A DNA stretch of 64,000 bases from Candidatus Avitreponema avistercoris (GTDB taxonomy: Bacteria > Spirochaetota > Spirochaetia > Treponematales > Treponemataceae). The stretch is taken from NCBI GenBank assembly GCA_017694555.1, contig JADIMS010000011.1, positions 4,880 to 68,879 of the forward strand, in the 5' to 3' direction. Below, one piece after another: positions 45,738-54,277 of this stretch; positions within the stretch are counted from its first letter, which is position 1; every line of letters begins with the position of its first letter. The position numbers and the translations under genes are program-made. The notes under the pieces are model-generated. The model saw nothing but the letters and a program-made list of their open reading frames with translations, did not search any database and was not told where the DNA came from.

Positions 45738-48230
45738 ATGAAGATTATGCTGAACCGACAAGTGCAGTCGCTCATTGATGCTTCCTGGGAAAAAGCCCGG
45801 AAATTGCATCACGAATACCTCACGCCGGAACACTTGCTGAGCGTCCTTTTCCTGATGCCGGATGTCCGCCAGGTGCTGCAAAAAACCGGCGGCGATGTAC
45901 CTGCCATGGAGGAACACGTACGTAAGTATCTGGAAGAGAACGTGGGTACCGCCCCGGATGACCGGGATCCGGTGCAGACGCTCGGTTTTCAGGATGTGTT
46001 CCGCCGTGCAGCCGTATTCTGTTCCGGTTCCGAAAAGGCCGTTCTGGATCTTGGAGACGTGCTGTACAGCCTGTATTCCGGCGACGGATCTCGGGATTTT
46101 TGTTCCTGGGTTTTGCGTAAATTCGGCGTGGACCGCTTTTCCCTGGTGGAGACGCTGACTTCCGGCATTTTCCGGGAAGATGCGGATATGGAATCCCGTT
46201 CGGACGGCGGGCAGGCGGATCCGGAGCCGCCGGAAGACCAGCCGGAAGACCAGCCGGAAGAAGGGACTCCGTTCGACAAAAGAATTATACCGCTGGATGA
46301 ACGGACGGTGGAAATGCTGCGGCGGCGTCTGAAAACACGGGAGGAAGATTTTTCCCGCGATTTCCGGGGCGGCGCGGAAGGCGCTGAGCGTGACGGAGCC
46401 GCCGGGCGCGGTTCGGCACGGCAGGGAAAAACCTGGCTGGACCGTTATGCGGAAAATCTGACGGCAAAAGCTGCGGCCGGGCTGTTGGATCCGGTTGTGG
46501 GGCGGGAAGAAGAAATTGCCCGGACAATACAGGTTCTCTGCCGCCGGATAAAAAACAATCCGCTGCATGTAGGGGAAGCCGGGGTTGGCAAAACTTCCGT
46601 GACGGAAGGGCTTGCCCAACGCATCGCAGACGGCAGCGTACCGGAAAAGCTGAAAAATTCGGTTATTTATAAACTGGATGTGGGGTCCTTGCTGGCCGGG
46701 ACAAAATTCCGGGGTGATTTTGAAGAGCGGATTAAGAAAATCACGGAAGAGCTCTCCCGGCGGGAAGGCGCCATTCTGTTTATCGACGAAATCCACATGC
46801 TGGTGGGCGCAGGCTCCGGCGGCTCCGGAAGCGTGGACGCCTCCAATCTTCTGAAGCCCGTGCTTGCATCCGGGAAAATCCGGTGCATCGGTTCCACCAC
46901 GTACGACGAGTACGCCAAATCATTTGAAAAAGACCGGGCATTTGCGCGCCGTTTTCAGAAGATTGATATTGCGGAACCGTCCGAAGAAGAAACGGTGCAG
47001 ATTTTGCTCGGGCTCCGTTCCCGTTACGAAGAATTCCACCAGGTGAAATACAGCGATGAAGCCGTCCGCCAGGCGGTGCATCTTTCAGCGCTGTATGTGA
47101 ATGAGCGGTTTTTGCCGGACAAGGCGATCGACGTGATGGACGAAGCCGGCGCACGTCTGCGCATCGCGGAAGGCGCAGCAGAAGCGGGAAAGCCGTTGCC
47201 GGTGGTTGAACCGCCGCTTGTGGAAAACGTGGTGGCCAAAATGGCGCGGATTCCGGAAAAAAGCATCGGCCTGGATGAAAACAAAAAACTGCGGGTGCTG
47301 GAGGAAACGCTGCGGAAAAGCGTGTTCGGGCAGGACGGCGCGGTGCGGGAATTGTCCCGGACCGTCAAACGTGCCCGCGCCGGATTCCGCAGCGGGACCA
47401 AACCGGCTTCCTGCTTTCTGTTTGCCGGCCCGACCGGCGTCGGCAAAACGGAACTGGCAAAGAAGCTTGCCGAGGCGCTCGATTTGCCGTTTATCCGGTT
47501 TGACATGAGCGAGTATCAGGAAAAACACACGGTCAGCCGCCTGATCGGTTCCCCGCCCGGTTATGTAGGTTTTGAAGACGGCGGTTCGCTGACGGACGCA
47601 ATACGCAAACAACCGCGCGCGGTGCTTTTGCTGGACGAAATTGAAAAAGCCCATCCGGATATTTTCAATGTGTTGCTGCAGATGATGGATTATGCCACCC
47701 TGACGGACAATCAGGGACGGAAAGCGGATTTCCGGCATGTGTTTGTCATTATGACCAGCAACGCCGGGGCTGACCGTCTGGGGAAACCCGCAATCGGTTT
47801 CGGGGGTACGGAAGGAACGGATTCCGCCCTCGATGAAGCCGTCAAACAGGCTTTTTCCCCGGAATTCCGGAACCGGCTCGACGCAGTCATTAAATTCTCG
47901 CGGCTTTCCCCGGAAATCATGGAGTCCATCGTGCGCAAGGAAATTGCCGCCATTGCCGGCCGGCTGGCAGAACGGGGCGTTTCGCTTGTTGTTCCCCGCA
48001 CCGTTGTGACCTGGCTGGCGGAAAAGTCGTATTCGGCGGAATTCGGGGCCAGAAATGTGAGCCGCGTGGTGGAAGACGAGATCGCTGCGCCTCTGGTGGA
48101 CGATGTATTGTTCGGCAGGCTGAGCGGCGGCGGGCAGGCAGTGTTTTCGCTGAAAAACAGCCGGATTTCGGTTTCCGTGCGCGTGCAGCCGGTGGAAATG
48201 CGGGCGGTGGAGACCGAACCGGCTTTGTGA
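45738..48230 (+). CDS. clpA: ATP-dependent Clp protease ATP-binding subunit ClpA (830 aa, unusually long N-domain/D1 linker)
   Basis: Clp N-domain, two AAA+ modules (GEAGVGKTS and GPTGVGKTE Walker A), and position after clpS. Confidence 0.88.
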   Translation: MKIMLNRQVQSLIDASWEKARKLHHEYLTPEHLLSVLFLMPDVRQVLQKTGGDVPAMEEHVRKYLEENVGTAPDDRDPVQTLGFQDVFRRAAVFCSGSEKAVLDLGDVLYSLYSGDGSRDFCSWVLRKFGVDRFSLVETLTSGIFREDADMESRSDGGQADPEPPEDQPEDQPEEGTPFDKRIIPLDERTVEMLRRRLKTREEDFSRDFRGGAEGAERDGAAGRGSARQGKTWLDRYAENLTAKAAAGLLDPVVGREEEIARTIQVLCRRIKNNPLHVGEAGVGKTSVTEGLAQRIADGSVPEKLKNSVIYKLDVGSLLAGTKFRGDFEERIKKITEELSRREGAILFIDEIHMLVGAGSGGSGSVDASNLLKPVLASGKIRCIGSTTYDEYAKSFEKDRAFARRFQKIDIAEPSEEETVQILLGLRSRYEEFHQVKYSDEAVRQAVHLSALYVNERFLPDKAIDVMDEAGARLRIAEGAAEAGKPLPVVEPPLVENVVAKMARIPEKSIGLDENKKLRVLEETLRKSVFGQDGAVRELSRTVKRARAGFRSGTKPASCFLFAGPTGVGKTELAKKLAEALDLPFIRFDMSEYQEKHTVSRLIGSPPGYVGFEDGGSLTDAIRKQPRAVLLLDEIEKAHPDIFNVLLQMMDYATLTDNQGRKADFRHVFVIMTSNAGADRLGKPAIGFGGTEGTDSALDEAVKQAFSPEFRNRLDAVIKFSRLSPEIMESIVRKEIAAIAGRLAERGVSLVVPRTVVTWLAEKSYSAEFGARNVSRVVEDEIAAPLVDDVLFGRLSGGGQAVFSLKNSRISVSVRVQPVEMRAVETEPAL

Positions 48231-48997
48231 ACGGGCGCGGCGCCAATCTGCGGCACGATCCGGATTTCCCCTGGCTTTCCTGCGGGGATTTTTTCCGCTT
48301 TCCCGACCCGGAAGCGGCGGAAGGCTCGGTTGTTGCGGCAGGCGGGAACCTTTCGCCGGGGATGGTGCTGTCGGCTTATGTGCAGGGGATTTTCCCTTGG
48401 TTCAACGAGGATGATCCCCTGCTCTGGCATTCGCCGGATCCGCGGTTTGTTCTTTTCCCGGAATTTTTGCACATACCCTCCCGGTTGCGGCGCGCCATGA
48501 AAAAGCCGCGCTTCCGGATTACAGCCGACCGGGCGTTTGAAGAGGTGCTGGCTTCCTGCGCAGAGATTCCCCGTCCGGGGCAGCAGGGAACCTGGATTAC
48601 CGCGGATATGCGGGAGTCCTGCCTGATCCTGCGGAAAGAAGGCTTTATGCATTCGGTGGAAGCCTGGGACGGCAGCCGGCTTGCGGGCGGTTTTTACGGG
48701 ATGCAGATTGGCCCGGTGTTTTTCGGGGAGTCCATGTTTTCCCGCGAGCCGGATTCGTCCAAAACGGCTTTTGCGGTATTCGCCGGGCGCTTTTTCGGTT
48801 CCATGGGCGGTACGCTCATCGATTCACAGGTGTACACCGACCATATGGCCCGCTTCGGCGCGCGGAACATCTCCCGGCAGGCTTACATCCGGCTGCTGCA
48901 CCGCTGTTTTTCCGGCTGCGACATCCAATACCGCAAAACCGGCGTTCCGTCCAGCCTGTTCTGCCGGAAAACGGACTGGTCTGCATTTTTTCCGTGA
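48227..48997 (+). CDS. aat: leucyl/phenylalanyl-tRNA--protein transferase
   Basis: LSAYVQGIFPWFNEDDPLLWHSPDPR and GGFYGMQIGPVFFGESMFS motifs. GTG 48227 overlaps the clpA stop. Confidence 0.85.
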   Translation: MNGRGANLRHDPDFPWLSCGDFFRFPDPEAAEGSVVAAGGNLSPGMVLSAYVQGIFPWFNEDDPLLWHSPDPRFVLFPEFLHIPSRLRRAMKKPRFRITADRAFEEVLASCAEIPRPGQQGTWITADMRESCLILRKEGFMHSVEAWDGSRLAGGFYGMQIGPVFFGESMFSREPDSSKTAFAVFAGRFFGSMGGTLIDSQVYTDHMARFGARNISRQAYIRLLHRCFSGCDIQYRKTGVPSSLFCRKTDWSAFFP

Positions 48998-49104
48998 GGG
49001 GGCAGGGCTTTTGCCGCCATTACGGAGTTTCTGCAAATCCAAAAAAACAAGATTTTCTTATTAGGTCATCGGGATCCTGAAACTTCCGGAAGCCAAAGGC
49101 TGCT

Positions 49105-49359
49105 TTGTCATCAATACTTTCAGAGCCGGACTGTTTTCTATTTTATCATATAGCCTGTAAGCCAGACTGCCCCCTGAAGTTGCGCTGTTATGTTATTTCA
49201 CGGGAATGGTCTTTGGAAGAAGAATTGATTTTTGTTAAAACGGCGGATTATAAAAAATCAGTTTATTCCGTTGAAAATATAATAAAAGACTGGAGCAACG
49301 AAGAAGAAAATCTGGATGCCAGCTGCAAACGAAAATATCTTAGTTTAAAAGACATTTGA
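49105..49359 (+). CDS. orphan 84-codon open frame in a low-G+C islet (possible small gene or gene remnant; no in-frame ATG)
   Basis: It is the only stop-free frame in AT-rich DNA, where the other frames are full of stops. It starts only at TTG. It contains EPDC...CKPDC...C. Confidence 0.25.
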   Translation: MSSILSEPDCFLFYHIACKPDCPLKLRCYVISREWSLEEELIFVKTADYKKSVYSVENIIKDWSNEEENLDASCKRKYLSLKDI

Positions 49360-49379
49360 ATGATTGCACCGGGCGGCAT

Positions 49380-49405
49380 AAAAAAACGCGCCCGCGGGGG
49401 GCGCG
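49380..49405 (-). terminator. rho-independent terminator of the aminotransferase operon
   Basis: On the minus strand, CGCGCCC-ccgc-GGGCGCG is followed by T7 (the plus-strand A-run at 49380-49386). Confidence 0.7.
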
Positions 49406-49442
49406 TGTAAAGAACCGCCGGAAGGGGATAGCTGCCCGGCTG

Positions 49443-50612
49443 TCAGACGTCCAGCGGCTTTCCGGCCAGCATGAGCGCCATCCGGCGTAATGCTTCTTTC
49501 AGCTTGCCGATTTCGGTGGCGTAACAGCAGCGGACAAACCCCTCGCCGCATGCGCCGAACGCCGTTCCCGGCACAACCGCCACTTTGTATTCCCGGATCA
49601 GCTTTTCGGCGAATTTTTCCGAAGAAAGTCCCGTACAGCGGATGTCCGGAAAAATATAAAACGCGCCTTCCGGTTCCGTGACCGGCAAGCCCATCTCCGC
49701 AAATCCTTTCATCATCAGGTTCCGGCGCTGCTGGTAAGACAGCCGCATTTTTTCCACTTCCGCCGCGCCGTGCCGCAGCCCTTCCAGCGCAGCGTATTGG
49801 CTCATGATGGGCGCGCAGATTGTGGAATACTGGTGCAGCTTGTGCATTTCGTGCACCAGTTCGCGGTCTGCGGCCGTAAATCCGATGCGCCAGCCGGTCA
49901 TGGCAAACGCCTTGGAAAAACCGTTAAGCACAACCGTATGCCGCTTCATACCGGGAAACGAACCGATGGAAACGTGCCGGCGTCCGTCGTAGACCAGCTC
50001 GCAGTACACTTCATCCGAAAGCACCCACAAGTCGTGTTCCTGCACCAGCGCGGCGATTTTTTCCAGTTCGGCCGCCGGAATCATGCGCCCGGTCGGATTG
50101 TTCGGCGAGCAGATCATCAGCACTTTTGACGCCGGCGTCAGCTTTTCCCGGATCCGTTCGGCAGTGGGAATAAATCCGTCTGCGGAAGTGTCCAGCCGTA
50201 CCAGTTTTGCGCCGCAAAGCTCCGCCAGCGGCTGGTAAGAGACATAACACGGCTCCGACACGAGAATTTCATCGCCGGGATTGAGGATTGTGCGCAGGAC
50301 GCTGTCAATGCCTTCCGAAACCCCGACCGTAATCAGGATTTCGTCTTTCGGGTCATATTCCATTCCGTAACCGCGCAGGTATCCGGCAATGGCTTCCCGC
50401 AGTTCCAAAAGCCCCCAGTTGGACGTATAGGATGTGTGCCCCTGTTCCAGATGATAGTACGCTTCTTCCCGCATACACCATGGCGTGGGAAAATCCGGCT
50501 CGCCGACGCCCAGCGAAATGATGTCGTCCCTTCCGATAATCAGATCGAAAAACTTGCGGATAGGAGACGGCGGGATGGCCAGCATTTTTTCGGAAAAGCG
50601 GCTGCCGGTCAT
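49443..50612 (-). CDS. class I/II pyridoxal-phosphate aminotransferase (aspartate/aromatic type)
   Basis: IPPSPIRKFFDL...ISLGVGEPDFPTPW N-terminus, and the SKAFAMTGWRIG PLP-lysine motif. Confidence 0.85.
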   Translation of the reverse strand: MTGSRFSEKMLAIPPSPIRKFFDLIIGRDDIISLGVGEPDFPTPWCMREEAYYHLEQGHTSYTSNWGLLELREAIAGYLRGYGMEYDPKDEILITVGVSEGIDSVLRTILNPGDEILVSEPCYVSYQPLAELCGAKLVRLDTSADGFIPTAERIREKLTPASKVLMICSPNNPTGRMIPAAELEKIAALVQEHDLWVLSDEVYCELVYDGRRHVSIGSFPGMKRHTVVLNGFSKAFAMTGWRIGFTAADRELVHEMHKLHQYSTICAPIMSQYAALEGLRHGAAEVEKMRLSYQQRRNLMMKGFAEMGLPVTEPEGAFYIFPDIRCTGLSSEKFAEKLIREYKVAVVPGTAFGACGEGFVRCCYATEIGKLKEALRRMALMLAGKPLDV

Positions 50613-51094
50613 GCGGTTACCCCTTCCCGGCTGTCTTTTTTTCCGTCTACGTATACGATATCATTTTCCTTATAGGTTTTCAGGACAAAGTGCGTTTTGG
50701 TACTGCGGACGCCGTTCAGGGAAGCCAGCTTGCCGGAGACAAAATAGGCGACTTCCTGCAGGGAGCGGCCTTCGATAATCACCTGCAGGTCGTAACCGCC
50801 GGACATCAGGTAAAGGGATTTGACCTGCGGGAACCGGTAAATCCGCTCGGCCAGGGAATCAAACCCGCGTTCCCGTTCCGGCGCGCACTGGATTTCGATC
50901 ACCGCCTGTACGATATCTTTTTCCGTTTCGATTTTTGCCTGGTTGATGACCGTGGTGTATTTGAGGATTACGCCGTCCTGTTCCAGCTTTTGAATGGCGG
51001 CCTTGACTTCTTCTACGGATTTTTTGGTCATGGTAGCGATGTCTTCCGCCGAAAGACGCGCGTCATTTTGCAGCAATTCGATAATTTCCTGCAT
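50609..51094 (-). CDS. Lrp/AsnC-family transcriptional regulator
   Basis: HTH_AsnC (IIELLQNDARLSAEDIATMTKKSVEEVKAAIQKLEQDGVI) plus a RAM domain. ATG 51094 lies 4 nt after GGAGGG. The stop overlaps the aminotransferase start (ATGA). Confidence 0.85.
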   Translation of the reverse strand: MQEIIELLQNDARLSAEDIATMTKKSVEEVKAAIQKLEQDGVILKYTTVINQAKIETEKDIVQAVIEIQCAPERERGFDSLAERIYRFPQVKSLYLMSGGYDLQVIIEGRSLQEVAYFVSGKLASLNGVRSTKTHFVLKTYKENDIVYVDGKKDSREGVTA

Positions 51095-51224
51095 ATTTCC
51101 CTCCATATATAAAGTAACACGAGAACTTGTAATACGAGGATAAAACCTTCGGGCGGAAGCATAGCACAAATGACGCAGGCGGTAAAGTTCACCGCTTGCA
51201 CGCGTTTTCAGCCGGTAAATGCTC

Positions 51225-51253
51225 TTGCCAAAAGTCTGCAATCCGGGTATACT
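51225..51253 (+). promoter_or_regulatory. candidate promoter of tRNA-Gly
   Basis: TTGCCA (51225-51230), a 17-nt spacer, then TATACT (51248-51253). The tRNA begins 10 nt later. Confidence 0.6.
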
Positions 51254-51263
51254 GAATGTACTT

Positions 51264-51334
51264 GCGGCTATCGTATATCGGTATTACACGACCTTCCCAA
51301 GGTTGATAGGGCGGTTCGACTCCGCTTAGCCGCT
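51264..51334 (+). tRNA. tRNA-Gly (anticodon CCC)
   Basis: Acceptor GCGGCTA/TAGCCGC, anticodon stem CGACC/GGTTG, loop TTCCCAA, T-arm GGCGG TTCGACT CCGCT, discriminator U. Confidence 0.9.
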
Positions 51335-51368
51335 TTTCCTTTTTTTTCTTTTGTGCTAGCTTCGCGGT

Positions 51369-53297
51369 ATGAATTCCTTTGATTTATGCCGGGAATATCC
51401 CTGGCTGGAAAGCGTATACAGCGACGGTTCCCGTTATTTTGTGAGCAATCCCCTCCCTGAAAAAGGGGAAACCGTGACCGTTTCCGTGCGGATGGCGGCG
51501 GATGCCCCCGTGCGCGCGGTGTTTCTGCGTGCCAAAGTAAACGGTGTGGAAGAAAAGCGGCGTATGGCGCGCGCTTCCGTGCGGGACGGACTGGCGTATT
51601 ACGAAACGCAGATAACGGTTTGGGAAGACGAACTGCGTTACCAGTTTTATCTGGCGGCGGAGGACTGCGTATTTTATTATACCGAAGGCGGTATTACCAC
51701 CTATATTCCGGATGAAAGCCGCGATTTCCGGCTTCTGACCGGTTTCCGGCAGCCCTCTTGGGTAAAAAACGCCGTGTTTTACCAGATTTTCCCGGAGCGC
51801 TTTTGCAACGGAAATCCGGATAACGATGTGCGCGACGGCGAATATACGTTTGACGGCTTTCCCGCGCGCAAAATTGCGGACTGGAACGCCGAACCGGAAG
51901 AATACGGCACGGCGCGCTGTCTGGATTTTTACGGCGGCGATCTGGAAGGTATTGCGCAGAAGCTGCCGTACCTGCAAAAGCTGGGCGTAACGGCAATTTA
52001 CCTCAATCCGGTGTTTTACGCCGCTACGGTGCACAAGTATGACTGCCTCGATTATTTTCAGGTGGATCCGCATTTCGGCGGCGACGGGGCGCTTGCGGAT
52101 TTGACCGCAAAAGCCCACGCCGCAGGAATCAAGGTGATTCTGGACGTTTCCATCAACCACACGGGGATTGCCAACCGCTGGTTCAACCGCGACGGGACGT
52201 TTTTCCCGAAAACCGAAGGCGCGTACAACAATCCGGATGCGCCCGAACGCAGCTTTTATTTTTTCAATCCGGACAATACGTATAAAGCGTGGGCGGGCGT
52301 AGAAACGCTTCCGACGCTGAATTATACCTCGCAGGCGCTGCGCGACAAGTTGTACCGTGCGCCGGATTCCCTGGTTAAAAAATGGCTCAGGCCGCCGTTC
52401 AGTACGGACGGCTGGCGTTTTGATGTGGCCGACACGATGGCGCGCAATGACAGCATCCAGCTGCACCACGAAGTCTGGCCGGAAATCCGCCGCAGCGTTA
52501 AAGAAGAAAATCCCGACGCTTATATTTTAGCGGAAGACTGGACGGACAGTTCCGCTTTTCTGAACGGCAACGAATGGGATTCGCAGATGAATTATTTCGG
52601 CTGCGCGCGTCCCCTGCGCCAGTTTTGCGGGGAAGCGGATTTGTTTAATTCCCGGGATCCCGATCTGGCCTGCGCCCGCTACAAGATGACGGCGCGGGAT
52701 CTTGCCGCGCGGATTGCGGAAAATCTGTCGCGTATTCCTTTCGCGGTGCGGCAGCTGCAATTTAATTTGCTGGACAGCCACGATACGCCGCGCCTGCACA
52801 ATAATCCGGTTGTGCCGCGCGGACTGTACCGCGGCGCAGTGATTGCGCTGTTTACGTTGCCCGGCTGCTGCAGCATTTACTATGGCGATGAAGCGGAAAT
52901 CGGCGGACGGATTACCTCCAACGAAGGCTGCCGCTTTCCGATGCCTTGGTCAAAGAATTTTGAACAGACGGAAACCTGGCAGATGTACGCCGCGCTGGCT
53001 AAAATCAAAACATCGTCGCCTGCCTTTCCGGACGGCGGTTTCCGTATTGTTTTGGCAGACGGCTATGTGTTTGCGTTTGCGCGCTTTACGCCGGAAGAAC
53101 TCTGGTTTACGGTTTTGTCTTCGGATACGGAATCCCGCCGCGTTTCCCTGCCGCTGTCGGCCTTCGGTGCGCATTTTGCCGCCGGCTCCGCACCCGCGGC
53201 GGATGCGCTGGGTTCGCCGCTTTCTGCGGAAATCCGGGACGGCAGGCTGCATCTGCAAATTCCGCCGGAAACTTCGTATTTGATTTGTATCCGCTGA
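51369..53297 (+). CDS. GH13 alpha-amylase-family enzyme (neopullulanase / cyclomaltodextrinase / maltodextrin glucosidase type)
   Basis: FYQIFPERF, GGDLEGIAQKLPYLQKLGVTAIYLNPVF, DGWRFDVA, ILAEDW and LLDSHDTPR conserved regions, plus an N-terminal beta domain. Confidence 0.85.
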   Translation: MNSFDLCREYPWLESVYSDGSRYFVSNPLPEKGETVTVSVRMAADAPVRAVFLRAKVNGVEEKRRMARASVRDGLAYYETQITVWEDELRYQFYLAAEDCVFYYTEGGITTYIPDESRDFRLLTGFRQPSWVKNAVFYQIFPERFCNGNPDNDVRDGEYTFDGFPARKIADWNAEPEEYGTARCLDFYGGDLEGIAQKLPYLQKLGVTAIYLNPVFYAATVHKYDCLDYFQVDPHFGGDGALADLTAKAHAAGIKVILDVSINHTGIANRWFNRDGTFFPKTEGAYNNPDAPERSFYFFNPDNTYKAWAGVETLPTLNYTSQALRDKLYRAPDSLVKKWLRPPFSTDGWRFDVADTMARNDSIQLHHEVWPEIRRSVKEENPDAYILAEDWTDSSAFLNGNEWDSQMNYFGCARPLRQFCGEADLFNSRDPDLACARYKMTARDLAARIAENLSRIPFAVRQLQFNLLDSHDTPRLHNNPVVPRGLYRGAVIALFTLPGCCSIYYGDEAEIGGRITSNEGCRFPMPWSKNFEQTETWQMYAALAKIKTSSPAFPDGGFRIVLADGYVFAFARFTPEELWFTVLSSDTESRRVSLPLSAFGAHFAAGSAPAADALGSPLSAEIRDGRLHLQIPPETSYLICIR

Positions 53298-53571
53298 GCA
53301 GAATACGCGGGCCGCGCTTGAATTGGGCGCTTTAAACGCCTTTCCCCGGGACATACAGAGGACAGCGCACAGCCGGCGCATACGGGCGGGCGGGTGCGTG
53401 CCTGTCATACGCCGGACGGCGGGTTTGTCTGTCGGCGCAACCGCAGGTTCAGCGGAGCAGCGCCCTCCCTATATGTGCCGGCTCCACAGCCCGCTGTCCT
53501 TCCCGGCCACAGAGAGACACATTATAGCGCCGGTGGCGCGTGCTTTTACGGGACTTTTCTGCAACAAGGAA

Positions 53572-53615
53572 GGGAACTTGAACGCTGTTTGGTATTTGCG
53601 GGCGTTCAAGTTCCC
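53572..53615. repeat. perfect 14-bp inverted repeat with 16-nt loop in a long non-coding region
   Basis: GGGAACTTGAACGC (53572-53585) and GCGTTCAAGTTCCC (53602-53615). A second hairpin, GGCCGCGC/GCGCGGCC, lies at 53628-53652. Confidence 0.6.
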
Positions 53616-53719
53616 GATTGACAGGCGGGCCGCGCCTGATCCGTGCGCGGCCGGTAAAACGGCGTCCGTTATTCATTCACATTGAAGAAACTTAAATTTT
53701 ATTATAAAATGACGCCGTG

Positions 53720-54277
53720 ATGACACCGGAAGACTTTTCCGCGGTGCTGCAGGACCGGCTGCGCGGATATTTTGACATACAGGAAAATGCCGTCTGCGGC
53801 GGACGCCGTTTTGCTTTTATTGCGGATTTTTCTTTTACGTCGAATCAGACTGTCCTGACCAAAAATCACGTTGTGGATTTTTTTTCCAGCCGCGAGCGGA
53901 TTTTGTTTTCCGTGGAACCGGATTTTTCCGGGGCGCAGGCCGACGCCGCGCTTGCAGACACCTGCCGGGAAGCGCTTGCACTGGCCGAACCGTCCCGCAA
54001 CCACAAGTCCACAGTGGTTACGCGGGTATTCGCCGTTCCCTCTTTTTCTTCAGAGGCGGAACGGAAAGAAGTACGGAAACGGATCCGCCGTTTCCGGTTT
54101 TTTCATTCGCATTTTTTTCTGCTGCACGGGTTTTCTGAAGCACGGGCAGTGCTGGCAGATTTCAGTCCGGATGCGGACCGGCCTTTTTCCCTGGTCTGTA
54201 GTCCGGCTGCAAAATCCTGCAAACAGCTTTTTACTCCGGAAGTCCGGCACGGAAAGGAAAAGGAGGAAGAACGATGA
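53720..54277 (+). CDS. hypothetical protein, translationally coupled to cstA
   Basis: 185-186 aa (GTG 53717 or ATG 53720). No SD. The stop overlaps the cstA start (ATGA at 54274-54277). No recognised domain. Confidence 0.45.
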   Translation: MTPEDFSAVLQDRLRGYFDIQENAVCGGRRFAFIADFSFTSNQTVLTKNHVVDFFSSRERILFSVEPDFSGAQADAALADTCREALALAEPSRNHKSTVVTRVFAVPSFSSEAERKEVRKRIRRFRFFHSHFFLLHGFSEARAVLADFSPDADRPFSLVCSPAAKSCKQLFTPEVRHGKEKEEER

